Origin: a virus
Length of the DNA: 64,000 bases
Virus record (IMG/VR): IMGVR_UViG_3300010151_000009
Location: 20,512-84,511 of that record
Direction: 5' to 3' (one strand)
The notes beneath the pieces were generated by a model. It saw only the letters and a program-made list of their open reading frames with translations. It did not search any database and was not told the DNA's origin. Made by a program: the position numbers and the translations under genes. Each line of letters starts with the position of its first letter. The first letter of the stretch is position 1. This document shows, one piece after another, positions 22,501 to 31,546 of this stretch.

Positions 22501-25098
22501 TACACAACAAGAGTCAGCATTGTTTTCATCCCAATATGTATTTCTTCTTTGAGGACTTTGAAATGCAGATACTCCACTATATCCTACATTTAAAGCTGTT
22601 CCAAAATTAGTAGGAGAAAACGGTAATTGTGAATAAAAAGCTTGCCATCCCGGATCAACACTTCCTTCAAACCATGTATCTTCAAATATTCTAAATCCAG
22701 GCCCATGCCAAGAACTAAGGTTGGTAGGAAAAGTTAAAAAATCAAAAGGATATAATGCTGAAGCTGTTCCAGGTAGAAAATGACCATCTTTGACAGGTTT
22801 ATTACCACTTCTAATTGCAGCAAATCCATGCATAACTAATGCAGAAAGTAACCATCCATTTCCCATTGGATAGAAAAAACAATTATTTGATTTCCCAGCT
22901 GCATCCCAAGTATTCCAAGCATTTTTATATTTTCTATACATCCCTTGAAATGGTGAATTTGTTGTAAAGTTATTTCTCCATGATGAGAAATTCTCATCTG
23001 AATTATCTTGATTTTTAGGAGTAAGTACAACTGGAGATGCACCTGGATTATTAGTATTAAGCATAAGAGTATCCCAAGCCGGAGCAGTTTTAAAAGCAGC
23101 CGGTCCTACAAACCAAAAAGCACTAAGAATTGTAAAATACCCAAATGCATTATGGACTGCCGCTGGATCCCACACTCTATGCTCATCCATCCAATTAGAA
23201 AGCCATACTGAACTCTCAGCTTCATCAAGAAACATAATAGATACTGGATCATTTACTGCACACATAGTAGTCCAATGTGGCATATTTGCTTCTCCAGCTG
23301 GAGTATTATACCAGCCACGAACAGCAACAGGATATGAAGGAAGAAATCCTCCGGGAGGTGTCCAAGTAGCTGAAATCCAAGAATTAATTTGTTCATAGGG
23401 AACAGTTATAGCTGGTATAACATTATTATACTCATCTCTATCTATACTATGAGTTAATCCATGAGTCCAATTACCACCTGGTGCAGGTGTAGTATCTACC
23501 TCTCTAGACATCTTCATGTACCAATTTTCAATATTATTAGCTACGATCCAAGCTGCTATTTTTATTTCATTATATAAATAACTATTAGTAACATTAGTAT
23601 TTGCTATTCCTGGTAATCCGCTTTGCCAAATAATGCCGGAAGCACCTGCCGATGGACTAGGATCTTCCATTGGATAATTACCTTGTTCTAACCATCTTTC
23701 TCTATTAGTCATTATATGATATTGTTCACCAGCCCATCCAGCAGCTTGTTCAGCGTCTAACCAAGTTTTAACAGTAGAATATGTTTTTATTACTTGAGTT
23801 GTTCCCCAAGATGAAGTATCATACCATATATAAATATCATTACTAGGACCTAATTGTCCTCCCCCACAATTAGGGTTTGCCCAAGGAGGAAATGGAGCAC
23901 CAAATGGATGGTGTGTTCCAGTCACAGTACAGACACCTCTTGTTATAATTTGTACAGATCCAGATTGATTAACATTTGGTACTTGATAAAGAGATACTCC
24001 ATTTGCAGTTATCCAATCATTTACTGAATTACACCACGTCATACCAGGTAAGAATTGCCACCCCTGCCATCCAGCACTATTTAGATTATATTCATAATTT
24101 AATAATGCTGTACCATTACCTAAATGTAATATAATTTCTGGCCATCCGTTCGAAGCATTAGGTTCACAAATTTCATCATAAATGATATCACATTTACCTG
24201 TTTGTGTACACGTATGTTTATACTTATGCTGAACATGCATATGCCATGAAAAGTATCCTTCTCCTACACCATCATTAGCAGGTATCCAATTAAATATTCC
24301 TAATTCATCTTCTAGAACCCTATTATAATCTAACATAGGAGTACTTCCTGCAATAGTTGGAGGTGGTACAGTACTCCACCACATATTACTACCCTGCCCA
24401 TTTACAACTATAGCTTGAAAAGCCTCATGAGTTCCACCGTTTGCAAAAGGATAACCTTTGATAAAAGTATCTAGGTCATCAGTAGTATTTGTAGCAATAT
24501 CAATTAAATTTGTATTTAATGTGCCATTAGGATCCAACATAATATTAAACCATACCATTTTATGTGGTCCTCCATTATCAGCACTATTCCAAAAATGTCC
24601 ACTTTCATAAAAAGAAGATGTTCCATTATTATCACAAGTTTCTTGGCCAGCCCATGCAATAGTTTTTGGATTTGCGCTCCATAAAGCTCCTCCTGCTCCT
24701 ATTTTAGTGTCCCAACTCTCTAGATCATGATAACATCCCCCAATAACCATTTCAACTGGGTAGACAGCAACATGTCCATTTAAAAGATCATCAAACGTTA
24801 ATTCCATGTGCATGATGAATCCAACATCATCTGTGCAATTCAAGCTTTCCATCTTCATTATATAATAACGCTGGTCAGCTAAATTCTGTGCGGAATTTTG
24901 TCTAATATGAGGGCCGTCAAAAGTTACTACTATTGTTGGTTGACTGGCGGGAGCACTCCATGCAATATTAGCATCTGTAGTAAGTATAGACCACGGATCT
25001 AATAATGTAGATGTATCATTAGGTTGGGCTATTATAGCATAAGCAGTGTGATGATCTTGCCTCCATGCGTGTATACTAAATTTAAAAATACCATCCAT
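16582..25098 (-). CDS. Giant cysteine-rich repeat virion protein (putative fiber/spike)
   Basis: 2838 aa; roughly 20 copies of GC(T/M)DPxAxN(Y/F)xxxAxxDDGSC-like repeats interspersed with beta-sandwich-like segments; located in the tail module. Confidence 0.75.
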   Translation of the reverse strand: MDGIFKFSIHAWRQDHHTAYAIIAQPNDTSTLLDPWSILTTDANIAWSAPASQPTIVVTFDGPHIRQNSAQNLADQRYYIMKMESLNCTDDVGFIMHMELTFDDLLNGHVAVYPVEMVIGGCYHDLESWDTKIGAGGALWSANPKTIAWAGQETCDNNGTSSFYESGHFWNSADNGGPHKMVWFNIMLDPNGTLNTNLIDIATNTTDDLDTFIKGYPFANGGTHEAFQAIVVNGQGSNMWWSTVPPPTIAGSTPMLDYNRVLEDELGIFNWIPANDGVGEGYFSWHMHVQHKYKHTCTQTGKCDIIYDEICEPNASNGWPEIILHLGNGTALLNYEYNLNSAGWQGWQFLPGMTWCNSVNDWITANGVSLYQVPNVNQSGSVQIITRGVCTVTGTHHPFGAPFPPWANPNCGGGQLGPSNDIYIWYDTSSWGTTQVIKTYSTVKTWLDAEQAAGWAGEQYHIMTNRERWLEQGNYPMEDPSPSAGASGIIWQSGLPGIANTNVTNSYLYNEIKIAAWIVANNIENWYMKMSREVDTTPAPGGNWTHGLTHSIDRDEYNNVIPAITVPYEQINSWISATWTPPGGFLPSYPVAVRGWYNTPAGEANMPHWTTMCAVNDPVSIMFLDEAESSVWLSNWMDEHRVWDPAAVHNAFGYFTILSAFWFVGPAAFKTAPAWDTLMLNTNNPGASPVVLTPKNQDNSDENFSSWRNNFTTNSPFQGMYRKYKNAWNTWDAAGKSNNCFFYPMGNGWLLSALVMHGFAAIRSGNKPVKDGHFLPGTASALYPFDFLTFPTNLSSWHGPGFRIFEDTWFEGSVDPGWQAFYSQLPFSPTNFGTALNVGYSGVSAFQSPQRRNTYWDENNADSCCVGVNNVPGGSGSALLHDAGYGGLDNYGWDLAQQHFDVGVTTTSFVNTITPFLYTLGGSGVCGCADCHCLAISVVDQFGVPVTGYDIHLELNGGGNVLIGTTNALGFVYHTVTTPGPITDALINTCHQLITGAATGAQISNTIGSADWGNCTNSLIEIVLHQSSFNSTIACCTTLGCTDPMMCNYDPMACIDDGSCFMCIPGCMDPAACNTCVGCTTDCNNNLPGSAAYILGGTWGVDTCCLYEGCMDPTAANYSASYNADCLCTLGGPDTSCCIYPCCDPPSITNTFTANASNPCPTDYDFLFTCDLITNGVIATYDIELRFDPGGANTLVAGTSFAGLPITDPISATYSYDCINSIDEFIHGAGNYQVNISLYYGGASGTKCNYSSPITAVVLEVCGCTDPLASNYNAAADCDDGTCTYGTNGCLDVCAGDYSNVWTNNCDGTAAGTTAVGWNSCCHYWHIFQTCNGSNEFFAPVASTIAQTVDDNQDWFDAFETALGASILPGETVMMPYYTNGGGWGTTLTCWEYVGQVCHDTWPVLPNTYNYSMLPLPGPGLPLPNPALVPATVAATHATTNCSVCVATYGCTDVNSTNYNAGATIDDGSCIACLDDGSMPMTYINNMGGFGSLYPGTPATNLLDNCAGFTITNPGYDDGCCIYPTPCAQCTGLTSGTGATNGPCVVDMWVMLTCPTPGPSPITTVVWSLSYEIAPAVFTVINANVQTDSGVNTTYTHSIIEDCNTLLNSGAPYFANGDGTYKWIATVTYADGTVCNHEYTQAITLPVCGCMDPTAGNYNPLATCPCCTLCDGTDDNDCCGCPPGQTEIELVLSDDNLSGMDLAWDTCTITLTGQNTGTVYGPYTWTSNSVAYPTITTFSADIFCAEDDCYLVETCLVVPPDIIGNYLAWSLIDVNTATTIGSGTLGMFATSWQVTVGTPTPACCIYGCMDPLASNYNSAATCHCDDSDPLAALYGPPCVLGQTGPDCCCIPCVYGCTDPLAFNFDPTATCDDGSCCLIDGCPDITTVNANHATLVGACNYDAAACADCDQVMGGASTTCCTYPGCTDPTAINFDASAGCPCNSVNPYNIVNDNDCCLYCTTYGCMDPVATNYDVTADCPCDGTFGAPCVGGQTILTNADGCCCEYCNTGCAVTPGYINYDPTATCDCNGDPLTIPGDATSGPMNLGYDSCCQPCANGCMDWVNYSFPGNYDATATCDCVGNPPGSTAYVFAGTYGDISCCVNCTAGCQDSLNPWYCPTCTCPGPCCPMGCTDTTPGSNPDINGNDSLGNPCIFPCVDGYDVCNFDPAAVCDDLSCSQCTAGCTDPLALNYDPFATGSSVVDCRYCDATTGWIEDYTQIVGAADDLGHIIGPSGPTSSSTQVSTNCGAPADGTLSVVGNAPGMAVTSYYIPFAPITWTIELYATTANGNDWSSGGAILISSQGGLPIPTFTFTGLDWGWYAYKLIPSTGHTEGDQCFESGEQNVLVNVCSNSSSPNYYNSAPCNTVQPAINTNAANPPDWSLHQNCNPCCTTVSGCGCGVTTWTNIAGGCVTNGTIFAGLNCMANGVNPACGGTITWRFENSSGAIIASGVDTVPPNPGSYTATYSAPITGNDTYQFCHDEVWNACANFPQAICAEHCVPIVVSNFTLCDCMDPAATNYNPAATANCDGSTPALIPNTTGVPPCCDYCVYGCMDATAINYDAAATCDCCCIYPGEGCTDPEALNYDSTATIPCPDLDLDLRPDCCEYCPRFDCIPVPATAIDTCAVNPLVLWQDCGAMVTLGLQNAIDFAAYNCWPNAETLCNGIVSLHGIWADLSTYGGLTCDPCNTNWPDECCEDNAISGTSQIKRRIIAISNTCFPGTYITWGDYIVGAITHAYSLSAAKGNALKAKLVKASGTAGYVDDPLNTYGAGLAFCANISPWSGSPDIATIHISDVLDPGNIDSNRMAWVPCCDGPCNCVETLMGYYLNISHCQSDPDSI

Positions 25099-25110
25099 AG
25101 TAGTTAAATT

Positions 25111-25611
25111 TTAACAATCACATCCGCATGATAAGTCACATATATCTTTTGCTGTATTATATTTATCATAAGCATCTTGTAAATATCCTGTATTATAAGA
25201 CGTTATATCTAATAAACTAGCTGCTCTTTGAGCAGAATTTAAAAGAAGAAAAATTTTCTGAGCTTTTGCTAATGCTTTAGAACATTTAGCACAATTACAA
25301 TCGCATTCAACTAGCTCACGAGTTAATGCGGCTAAACAACAATCTATATCACAATGAACAACAAGACCATTAGCATCTGTTAAAACAGCAGCTACATCCC
25401 ACTGTACTTCAAATACTCCATTACCTCCTAAAGTTACAGTACCAGTTGTAGTATCTCCAGGAGCAGCAAATGTTACAGCTGTAGTTATAGTTGGTATTAC
25501 TCCTGCAAAGTCTTTTATTACAAGGTTGCCAGTTGTACCAGCACCACTACCATCTATTATTGCATAATCTAGGTCTTTACAGTCACCACTGACTACTAAT
25601 GAATCAATCAT
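25111..25611 (-). CDS. Cys-rich tail hub-like protein
   Basis: HCDIDCCL...CDCNCAKC...KIFLLLNSA...ICDLSCGCDC; follows the auxiliary capsid gene as in crAss-like gene order. Confidence 0.55.
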   Translation of the reverse strand: MIDSLVVSGDCKDLDYAIIDGSGAGTTGNLVIKDFAGVIPTITTAVTFAAPGDTTTGTVTLGGNGVFEVQWDVAAVLTDANGLVVHCDIDCCLAALTRELVECDCNCAKCSKALAKAQKIFLLLNSAQRAASLLDITSYNTGYLQDAYDKYNTAKDICDLSCGCDC

Positions 25612-25625
25612 AATGTATAGAATTT

Positions 25626-25667
25626 AAAAAAAAGATTAGTGGGGGTATTTCACCCCCAGTAATCTTT
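25626..25667 (-). terminator. Rho-independent terminator
   Basis: aaagatta-g-tggggg...ccccca-g-taatcttt inverted repeat with an A-run on its left (U-tract on the minus strand). Confidence 0.75.
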
Positions 25668-25678
25668 ATAAGGTTAAT

Positions 25679-26680
25679 TTATATAGTTAAACAAGCAAAG
25701 TTAAGTGAAGTTGCACCTGAACATGCGTTACAAGTTCCATCTCCAAAATAACAATTAAGAATAGTTGCTAAACATCCCATAGCTGTACCATTAGGTGTTC
25801 CTGCAACAATTTCTCTTTCTGCTACTACTATTTCAATTAAATTATCTACACCATTAATACCAGAAGAAGTACTTCCATCTTTTGTAGCTACAATTACAAT
25901 AGTATCCCATCCGTCTTCAGCTGTTATAGCTGTTGCTCCAGTTGAAATTTCTGCTGCAGGAGTTTTAGGTAAAGTACCTGCTCTACTGTAGTCACCATAA
26001 GTTGTACCTCTGATATCTTCTTCAAATTGTCTGATATGGAAACCAGAACCGTATCCTGCATAAGGTTGAGTTGTATATGCACACGTAACTAATCCTCCAT
26101 TAGACCCATCCAAACCTTCAGATGCAGCTGTCCAATTAGAAAGCTCTTCAGCTACACTACCATCAGCTTTAACAGCACCTTTTCCATGTCCTGTAAAAGT
26201 TAATAATCCAGCACCATTATCTGCTACAGTACTAATCCAATGAGGAAGATCCACACTGATCATGTTAAATAATCCTGTTGCTTGTAATGTTGGTGTTAAA
26301 CCAGCTGCTCCACTAAGAGTATATGATTTAAATTCTGGTTCTCCATTAGTTACATTAACTAACTTTAATGTTATATCTGCTGCTACTGTTAAGTTAGCCC
26401 CACCAGTTGCAAAGTCAGCTGTTGCTACCCCTGCTACTTGTAGTACTGCACTTTGTCCAGTATAGTTGATTACATTTCTACCCCAAATCCATGGAGTTAC
26501 GATTTTACCGTTTGCTGCTGAATACATTGCGAAACGTATTTCAGGTGCTTCAACGATCGTATCGTTTGCTGCTAAAGCTGTTGAGCCACTTGCAGATCTT
26601 TTTTCGATGTAGATATTACCAGCTGTAGACGTGTAATGGTCTCCAGCTTGACAATCTCCGTAAATTAAATGTCTTGCCAT
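25679..26680 (-). CDS. Auxiliary capsid (decoration) protein
   Basis: 333 aa, Ala/Gly/Thr-rich; GYGSG..IRQFE...YG.Y.R motif; syntenic position and its own terminator suggest high expression. Confidence 0.55.
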   Translation of the reverse strand: MARHLIYGDCQAGDHYTSTAGNIYIEKRSASGSTALAANDTIVEAPEIRFAMYSAANGKIVTPWIWGRNVINYTGQSAVLQVAGVATADFATGGANLTVAADITLKLVNVTNGEPEFKSYTLSGAAGLTPTLQATGLFNMISVDLPHWISTVADNGAGLLTFTGHGKGAVKADGSVAEELSNWTAASEGLDGSNGGLVTCAYTTQPYAGYGSGFHIRQFEEDIRGTTYGDYSRAGTLPKTPAAEISTGATAITAEDGWDTIVIVATKDGSTSSGINGVDNLIEIVVAEREIVAGTPNGTAMGCLATILNCYFGDGTCNACSGATSLNFACLTI

Positions 26681-26705
26681 TTTCTTTTGTTTTTAAAATT
26701 AATAA

Positions 26706-27887
26706 TTATTCATTCTTACCCACTTCTAATTCATGGGATTTATATCTAGGGTCACTAAACCCTTCTAACAAACTACTAATTGTCATATCCACAAGTGTTT
26801 GATGCATATGGTTAGGCAATTCGCAGCTTTGCTGCAAAGGTAGTGAAATCTCTGCAGGTTCCTTAATATAAAGTATTTTTACTTCATCTATTAAAAATAT
26901 ATCACTCGTATATATATCTAAATACTCGTCTCTAATAGTGTATATAGGTTTTTTGTGTGTTGTTGTATTAAAAGGATCAGATAATGATGCATATATATCA
27001 TCTTGTTGATTAAATGCATTTGGTGCATCTGTCATTAATATATTAGAAGTAGCTGTTCGTTTTTCATTATATGGAACCTCAACTTCTAATGGTAAAGCTC
27101 TAGAATATACAGATGTAGGAGGGGTAGTTGTATCGGTCCCTAAAATCTCAGTTACTGGTAAAATAGCGTTAGGATCTAGATTAAATGTCCATCCTCCAGC
27201 AAATGTTGCTAAATCTATTACTACTATAAATTCACCTGGAAAATTTAATGATTGTCCTGGTACACCTGTCTCCCAAAATATAGATACACCTGCTGCTCCA
27301 GTTCCATTAGCTAAGATATCAGCTTGAATAGTTGCAGCATCATCTACTCCAAATACTAAACTATTAGGATTCAGCCAAATATCTACTACTCCACTAGTAG
27401 TTAAATCAGACGTATTTTCATACAGACTAATTTCATCTACTAATAGATTTCCTGTATTTGTAATAAATTCAAAATAAGGTAATCTATAATAAATTAATGT
27501 TTGTGGAAAGCCCATAGTCCATACTAAATCATTAGTACATGTTGCACTATACGAGATTGAAGATATAGAATTTATTAAAAACATATATTCATCTGGTAAT
27601 TTTGCTGTATCTACATAAAATTGTTTTCCTTTAAGATTTATAGCTTCTTTATATGTACAAGTAACTATTGTTTCCCTAAGTAAACTTCTAATATCATCAA
27701 TTCGTTTTTGACTCTCTTCAAATCCTTTTTGATATACATTATTTTTACCGTAAGATTTATTAATAAGTTTTCCTTGAACTTTATTAAGTTCTAACTCAAT
27801 TTCTTCAGGTAATAACAAATCGGCTTGGAGTGAATTGATTTTATCCACTCCTTGCCGGATTGCTAAATGCATTTCATTTACATTCAT
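26706..27887 (-). CDS. Tail ring protein (crAss-like)
   Basis: MNVNEMH...DKINS...PEEIELELNK, GFEESQKRIDDIRSL, LPDEYMF, YIKEPA...CELPNHMHQTLVDMTI. Confidence 0.7.
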   Translation of the reverse strand: MNVNEMHLAIRQGVDKINSLQADLLLPEEIELELNKVQGKLINKSYGKNNVYQKGFEESQKRIDDIRSLLRETIVTCTYKEAINLKGKQFYVDTAKLPDEYMFLINSISSISYSATCTNDLVWTMGFPQTLIYYRLPYFEFITNTGNLLVDEISLYENTSDLTTSGVVDIWLNPNSLVFGVDDAATIQADILANGTGAAGVSIFWETGVPGQSLNFPGEFIVVIDLATFAGGWTFNLDPNAILPVTEILGTDTTTPPTSVYSRALPLEVEVPYNEKRTATSNILMTDAPNAFNQQDDIYASLSDPFNTTTHKKPIYTIRDEYLDIYTSDIFLIDEVKILYIKEPAEISLPLQQSCELPNHMHQTLVDMTISSLLEGFSDPRYKSHELEVGKNE

Positions 27888-27888
27888 G

Positions 27889-28695
27889 TTATAGTGCTAA
27901 TTCTTTAAGTTTAGCTCTTAAAATTGTTAAAGTTCCAGAATTCTTTTTATTTTTTAAATAAACTACAGTATCTTCCATTGTTTCACCTAATACTTCATCA
28001 ATAAAAATTACTTGATTACCAATTTTTCTTAAAACTCCAGCAGTAACCATTTCTTCAACTTCTGCTTTTACTTCTAAATTTTTATCTATAGCTACTCTAA
28101 TAAACTTTTTAGGTTCTTTATCTTTAAGATCATATAAAGCTGTTTCAACCTGATCATCTGTTAAACGATCTGGATTACTCGCAGACATAAGTCTATAAAC
28201 TCGCCTCATATTTTTTATATTTGACGATACTTTAATAAATTCTTTATCTGCATCTTTTTTCAATTTAACTTGATTGTTTTTAACTTTATCTTCTCTTGTA
28301 TTATCCTGAATGTAAAATCTTTTATTAAAATTTTGATCCATTTCCTCCTTTGTAAGTGATACATGAGGATGTTTTAGAGCAAATCGATATTTAATATAAT
28401 CCATTACATTATTAGGATTGCCATCAGCATCTAAACTGATGTCTAACTCTACTCCTGTAAATCCTACAGGAATTGTAAGTTCTGCCCAGAAATTTTTAGA
28501 ATGTTTTGGCCAATCAACATGATCGGGTGAAACATCTAATATTCCCTGCATAAACTTTTTTTCTTCTTCAGGATTAAATCCTTTTAAAGGTTGTCTATTT
28601 ACATAAACACTACTAAGCTTTGATATTGCTTCAGCTCTTACTGCTTTAGGTAGATGATTTAATACATCTTTCCTTCTGATAAATACTTTTTTCAT
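27889..28695 (-). CDS. Conserved crAss-like protein downstream of MCP
   Basis: ILDVSPDH..W....NFW, PNNVMDYIKYRFALKHPHV; invariant position after MCP. Confidence 0.65.
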   Translation of the reverse strand: MKKVFIRRKDVLNHLPKAVRAEAISKLSSVYVNRQPLKGFNPEEEKKFMQGILDVSPDHVDWPKHSKNFWAELTIPVGFTGVELDISLDADGNPNNVMDYIKYRFALKHPHVSLTKEEMDQNFNKRFYIQDNTREDKVKNNQVKLKKDADKEFIKVSSNIKNMRRVYRLMSASNPDRLTDDQVETALYDLKDKEPKKFIRVAIDKNLEVKAEVEEMVTAGVLRKIGNQVIFIDEVLGETMEDTVVYLKNKKNSGTLTILRAKLKELAL

Positions 28696-28764
28696 AATAA
28701 TAGTTCTTTTAAAGTTTTAATTAAGTGGATGTAAAGAATAACTCTCCGTATAATTATTAATTAA

Positions 28765-28796
28765 AGAAGCGGGGGGATTGCTCCCCCAGCAACTCT
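28765..28796 (-). terminator. Hairpin / probable terminator after MCP
   Basis: gc-gggggg-attg-ctccccc-agc stem about 40 nt after the MCP stop. Confidence 0.55.
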
Positions 28797-28834
28797 AATC
28801 AAAAACCAATATATAGACGCAAATTAATGCCAAC

Positions 28835-30283
28835 TTAAGATGCTGTACAAGTGATGTCTAAAGAGGTATCAAAACGTCTTAACGCGATACCTGCAGTTTT
28901 CAACATATGTACAGACGCACCGTCTACATCAGACGCTCTAGTGGAATTACCATCAAAGCCTCTAGGGATCACCGATCCAGCTACACACCATCTCATAGAC
29001 TCACGACCTTTCTTAGAGATCATTTGAAGGTTATTTTGACCATCATAATTTGATTGATCAACAAATACCATTCTATAAGATTCAAGTGAATAACCTGTAG
29101 TAGGGTGTTTTGCACGAGCTTGTGCAACTGCACCATGATCAAACATAGGAATTTTTACTACATTCACACTATGTCCATCAATATGCTCGTACGAAGTGAA
29201 GTATCCAGACATTCCTAAAGATCTTCCTGATCCCGTGATAAATCTGTTTTCTCCACCTACTTTCCAGCCACCAGCAGCTCCACCGAAGTGGTTTTTAAGA
29301 GCTTCGTCAAATTCACGAGCTCCGCCAGTTCCTGTATACAATGTAACTTGTTTTGCAGAAGCGTCAGTCATACTATAAAATAAATCACCAATAATATTTT
29401 TCAACTTAGTTTCTGTCATAACAGAATAAGTATCTTTATTAACGATTTGTGATAATAGTCCAGGACCTATAATTACAGGCTGGCCATTCTCATCTTTCAT
29501 AGAAGTTAAACCATTAGTATCGTAAGTTTTCTCACCATACCAGTAGTAATTTTCACACTCTTCTTTAAAATCAAGCATATGTAAATATTCTTCATAATCC
29601 ATCCAAAGTTTAGTAGTTTTTCCTCCTTTCGTTGGAAGAGAGAATTCTGCTACATAATCTTTAGCGTTTCCAGACATATGGTAAGATTTTCTAACCGTAG
29701 TTAGTTTGTTTCTTACTTTACCTGGAGTTTCCCAGTTTGAAGCGTTACCTCTTGAGAAGTCCGTTCCAACTGGTGCATACATTTGTGCCCATAGTGCACC
29801 TGAGTCACAATCAACTGTTGGTACAGTTGCTGTAAGTGAAGGATTTACTATTTGACATGTGTATGTCCATTCATTTCCGCCCGCTGCCATTTCTGGTTCT
29901 TTCATAATACGTACTTGTACTCCTGATTGGGAGATTAGTACATATGGAAAGATAAACCATTTGTCAGGGAAGGTTAACTCAAAGGATGCTCCTCCAAGTC
30001 CTATGTTTGCTGCTGCATTTGGCGTAGATACAGGTCTAGTCCTCAATCTGTGTGTTGCCACACGATACTCATATTCCAACCTGTCAATAGACTTAGTGTT
30101 ACCAACGCCTTCAGTTAAGAAAGACAATGGAAAACGTTTGTCGTCTTTTCCAGCTAAATGAGTAATTATTGGTGATAGTTCCGTAGGTTTAGCCAAAAGC
30201 GCATTTGCTAGACTGTTCATATCAGTCATTTGCGTATCGTTGTAAAACGATTTTTGTACGCTGATGTTTGTTCCGTTCGGCAT
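28835..30283 (-). CDS. Major capsid protein (HK97 fold, crAss-like)
   Basis: 482 aa; RNKLTTVRKSYHMSGNA, TKLWMDYEEY, GPGLLSQI, LYTGTGGAREFD, GYFTSY..IDGH.V, HPTTGYSLESYRM. Confidence 0.9.
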   Translation of the reverse strand: MPNGTNISVQKSFYNDTQMTDMNSLANALLAKPTELSPIITHLAGKDDKRFPLSFLTEGVGNTKSIDRLEYEYRVATHRLRTRPVSTPNAAANIGLGGASFELTFPDKWFIFPYVLISQSGVQVRIMKEPEMAAGGNEWTYTCQIVNPSLTATVPTVDCDSGALWAQMYAPVGTDFSRGNASNWETPGKVRNKLTTVRKSYHMSGNAKDYVAEFSLPTKGGKTTKLWMDYEEYLHMLDFKEECENYYWYGEKTYDTNGLTSMKDENGQPVIIGPGLLSQIVNKDTYSVMTETKLKNIIGDLFYSMTDASAKQVTLYTGTGGAREFDEALKNHFGGAAGGWKVGGENRFITGSGRSLGMSGYFTSYEHIDGHSVNVVKIPMFDHGAVAQARAKHPTTGYSLESYRMVFVDQSNYDGQNNLQMISKKGRESMRWCVAGSVIPRGFDGNSTRASDVDGASVHMLKTAGIALRRFDTSLDITCTAS

Positions 30284-30330
30284 TTTCTTAATTATTTATA
30301 GGGTACCTATTTCCCTGTTAAGGTATATTT

Positions 30331-31455
30331 TTAAATACTTAAATCTAGATCATCTATATCAAATTTAGTGCTTCGTCGTTGTCCTGCTTTTGAACTTTTA
30401 GTTCTTGATTCATTCCTAGAAATTCTATCTTTTAACGATCGTACACTTTGTGTTTTAGCTTTCGTATTAATAATGGTATCCAGATCAAATCCTTTAAACA
30501 TTAAATAATCTATAGCTAATTTCACATCCATATCTGCTTCTAAATGATCTACATCTCTTTGCGTATATCCTTCCTTATTTATAGGAGTAGATAAATACGC
30601 ATAGAAATCATTTTTATCTTTTTCTGATACTTTTAATCCTGCAAACTCTCTTGAAGTTTCTATAGTATCTGAGATTCCACTCCAAAATGTTTCTTGTTGT
30701 TGAGCGGTTTCTTGTTGTTTTACTTTTTGTTTTTCTATTAATTGTGCTTTTTCTTCATCTTGATACTTAGCTAAAGCTTTACGTGCAGCTTCTGATCTAT
30801 CACGTAATTTACCAGTATCCTCATAATCTTCAAGCATCTCTTTAATAAATTCAGTTTCATGTCCTTTCATTGCTAAATAATCTCCTAAAATAGCTTTCTG
30901 ACTTCTTGAGTCATTATCTGCTATACTTAAGTTATTATAATCCACATTAGGATCATTCGCATTCATAAATTCCTGAGATTGTCCTCCATTTAATACATAT
31001 TCTAAATGTTGTTTTACCAATGGAAATTTATTTAAAACTGTGTCTATTCTTTCATCTGCCATTTGAGAAGCAATATCTTTAGTCATCTCAATTAGTCCTT
31101 CTGAAGTATCATCATAGTTTGCACCATCTACTTCATAACCTAGATTATCTAAAACTTCATTGATTATACTTTCAGAATCTTCTTCTTCATCTTCTTCAAG
31201 TTCATCTATATGATCATCTTTAGTATCCTCTTCTTTTTCTTCCTCCTCTTCTTGTTCCGGAATTTCAGGATCAATTTCGTCAAGTGTAGGAGAATCTGTA
31301 TCTTGTTCGATGTCATCTAAAACCGGAGTCTCCTCAGTTTTTGTGACTTCTGGTTCTACAGCAATTTCTTCTGTAGATTCCATTGCAACACCTTCTCCTG
31401 ATAATACGTCATCAAAAGTGATATCGTCTAGTTGAATTTTTTCATTTGGGTCCAT
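30331..31455 (-). CDS. Putative scaffolding protein
   Basis: Very acidic N-terminus, helical C-terminus, immediately upstream of MCP. Confidence 0.6.
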   Translation of the reverse strand: MDPNEKIQLDDITFDDVLSGEGVAMESTEEIAVEPEVTKTEETPVLDDIEQDTDSPTLDEIDPEIPEQEEEEEKEEDTKDDHIDELEEDEEEDSESIINEVLDNLGYEVDGANYDDTSEGLIEMTKDIASQMADERIDTVLNKFPLVKQHLEYVLNGGQSQEFMNANDPNVDYNNLSIADNDSRSQKAILGDYLAMKGHETEFIKEMLEDYEDTGKLRDRSEAARKALAKYQDEEKAQLIEKQKVKQQETAQQQETFWSGISDTIETSREFAGLKVSEKDKNDFYAYLSTPINKEGYTQRDVDHLEADMDVKLAIDYLMFKGFDLDTIINTKAKTQSVRSLKDRISRNESRTKSSKAGQRRSTKFDIDDLDLSI

Positions 31456-31476
31456 TATATATATTGTTTTAAGTTA

Positions 31477-31484
31477 CAAAATTA
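31477..31484 (-). promoter_or_regulatory. Bacteroidota-type -7 promoter box (TAATTTTG) for scaffold/MCP
   Basis: Matches TAnnTTTG about 22 nt upstream of the ATG at 31455. Confidence 0.6.
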
Positions 31485-31546
31485 GTTAATTATAGCGTTT
31501 AATTTTTGGTTTTTATTTTTTCTATATGTCTATTATTATATAACAC

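Noticed and set aside
17009-23211. Short ORFs inside the giant Cys-rich gene (17009, 17595, 18717, 20970, 21040, 22836, 23008)
   Set aside because: Antisense or alternate-frame shadows with no motifs or independent signals.
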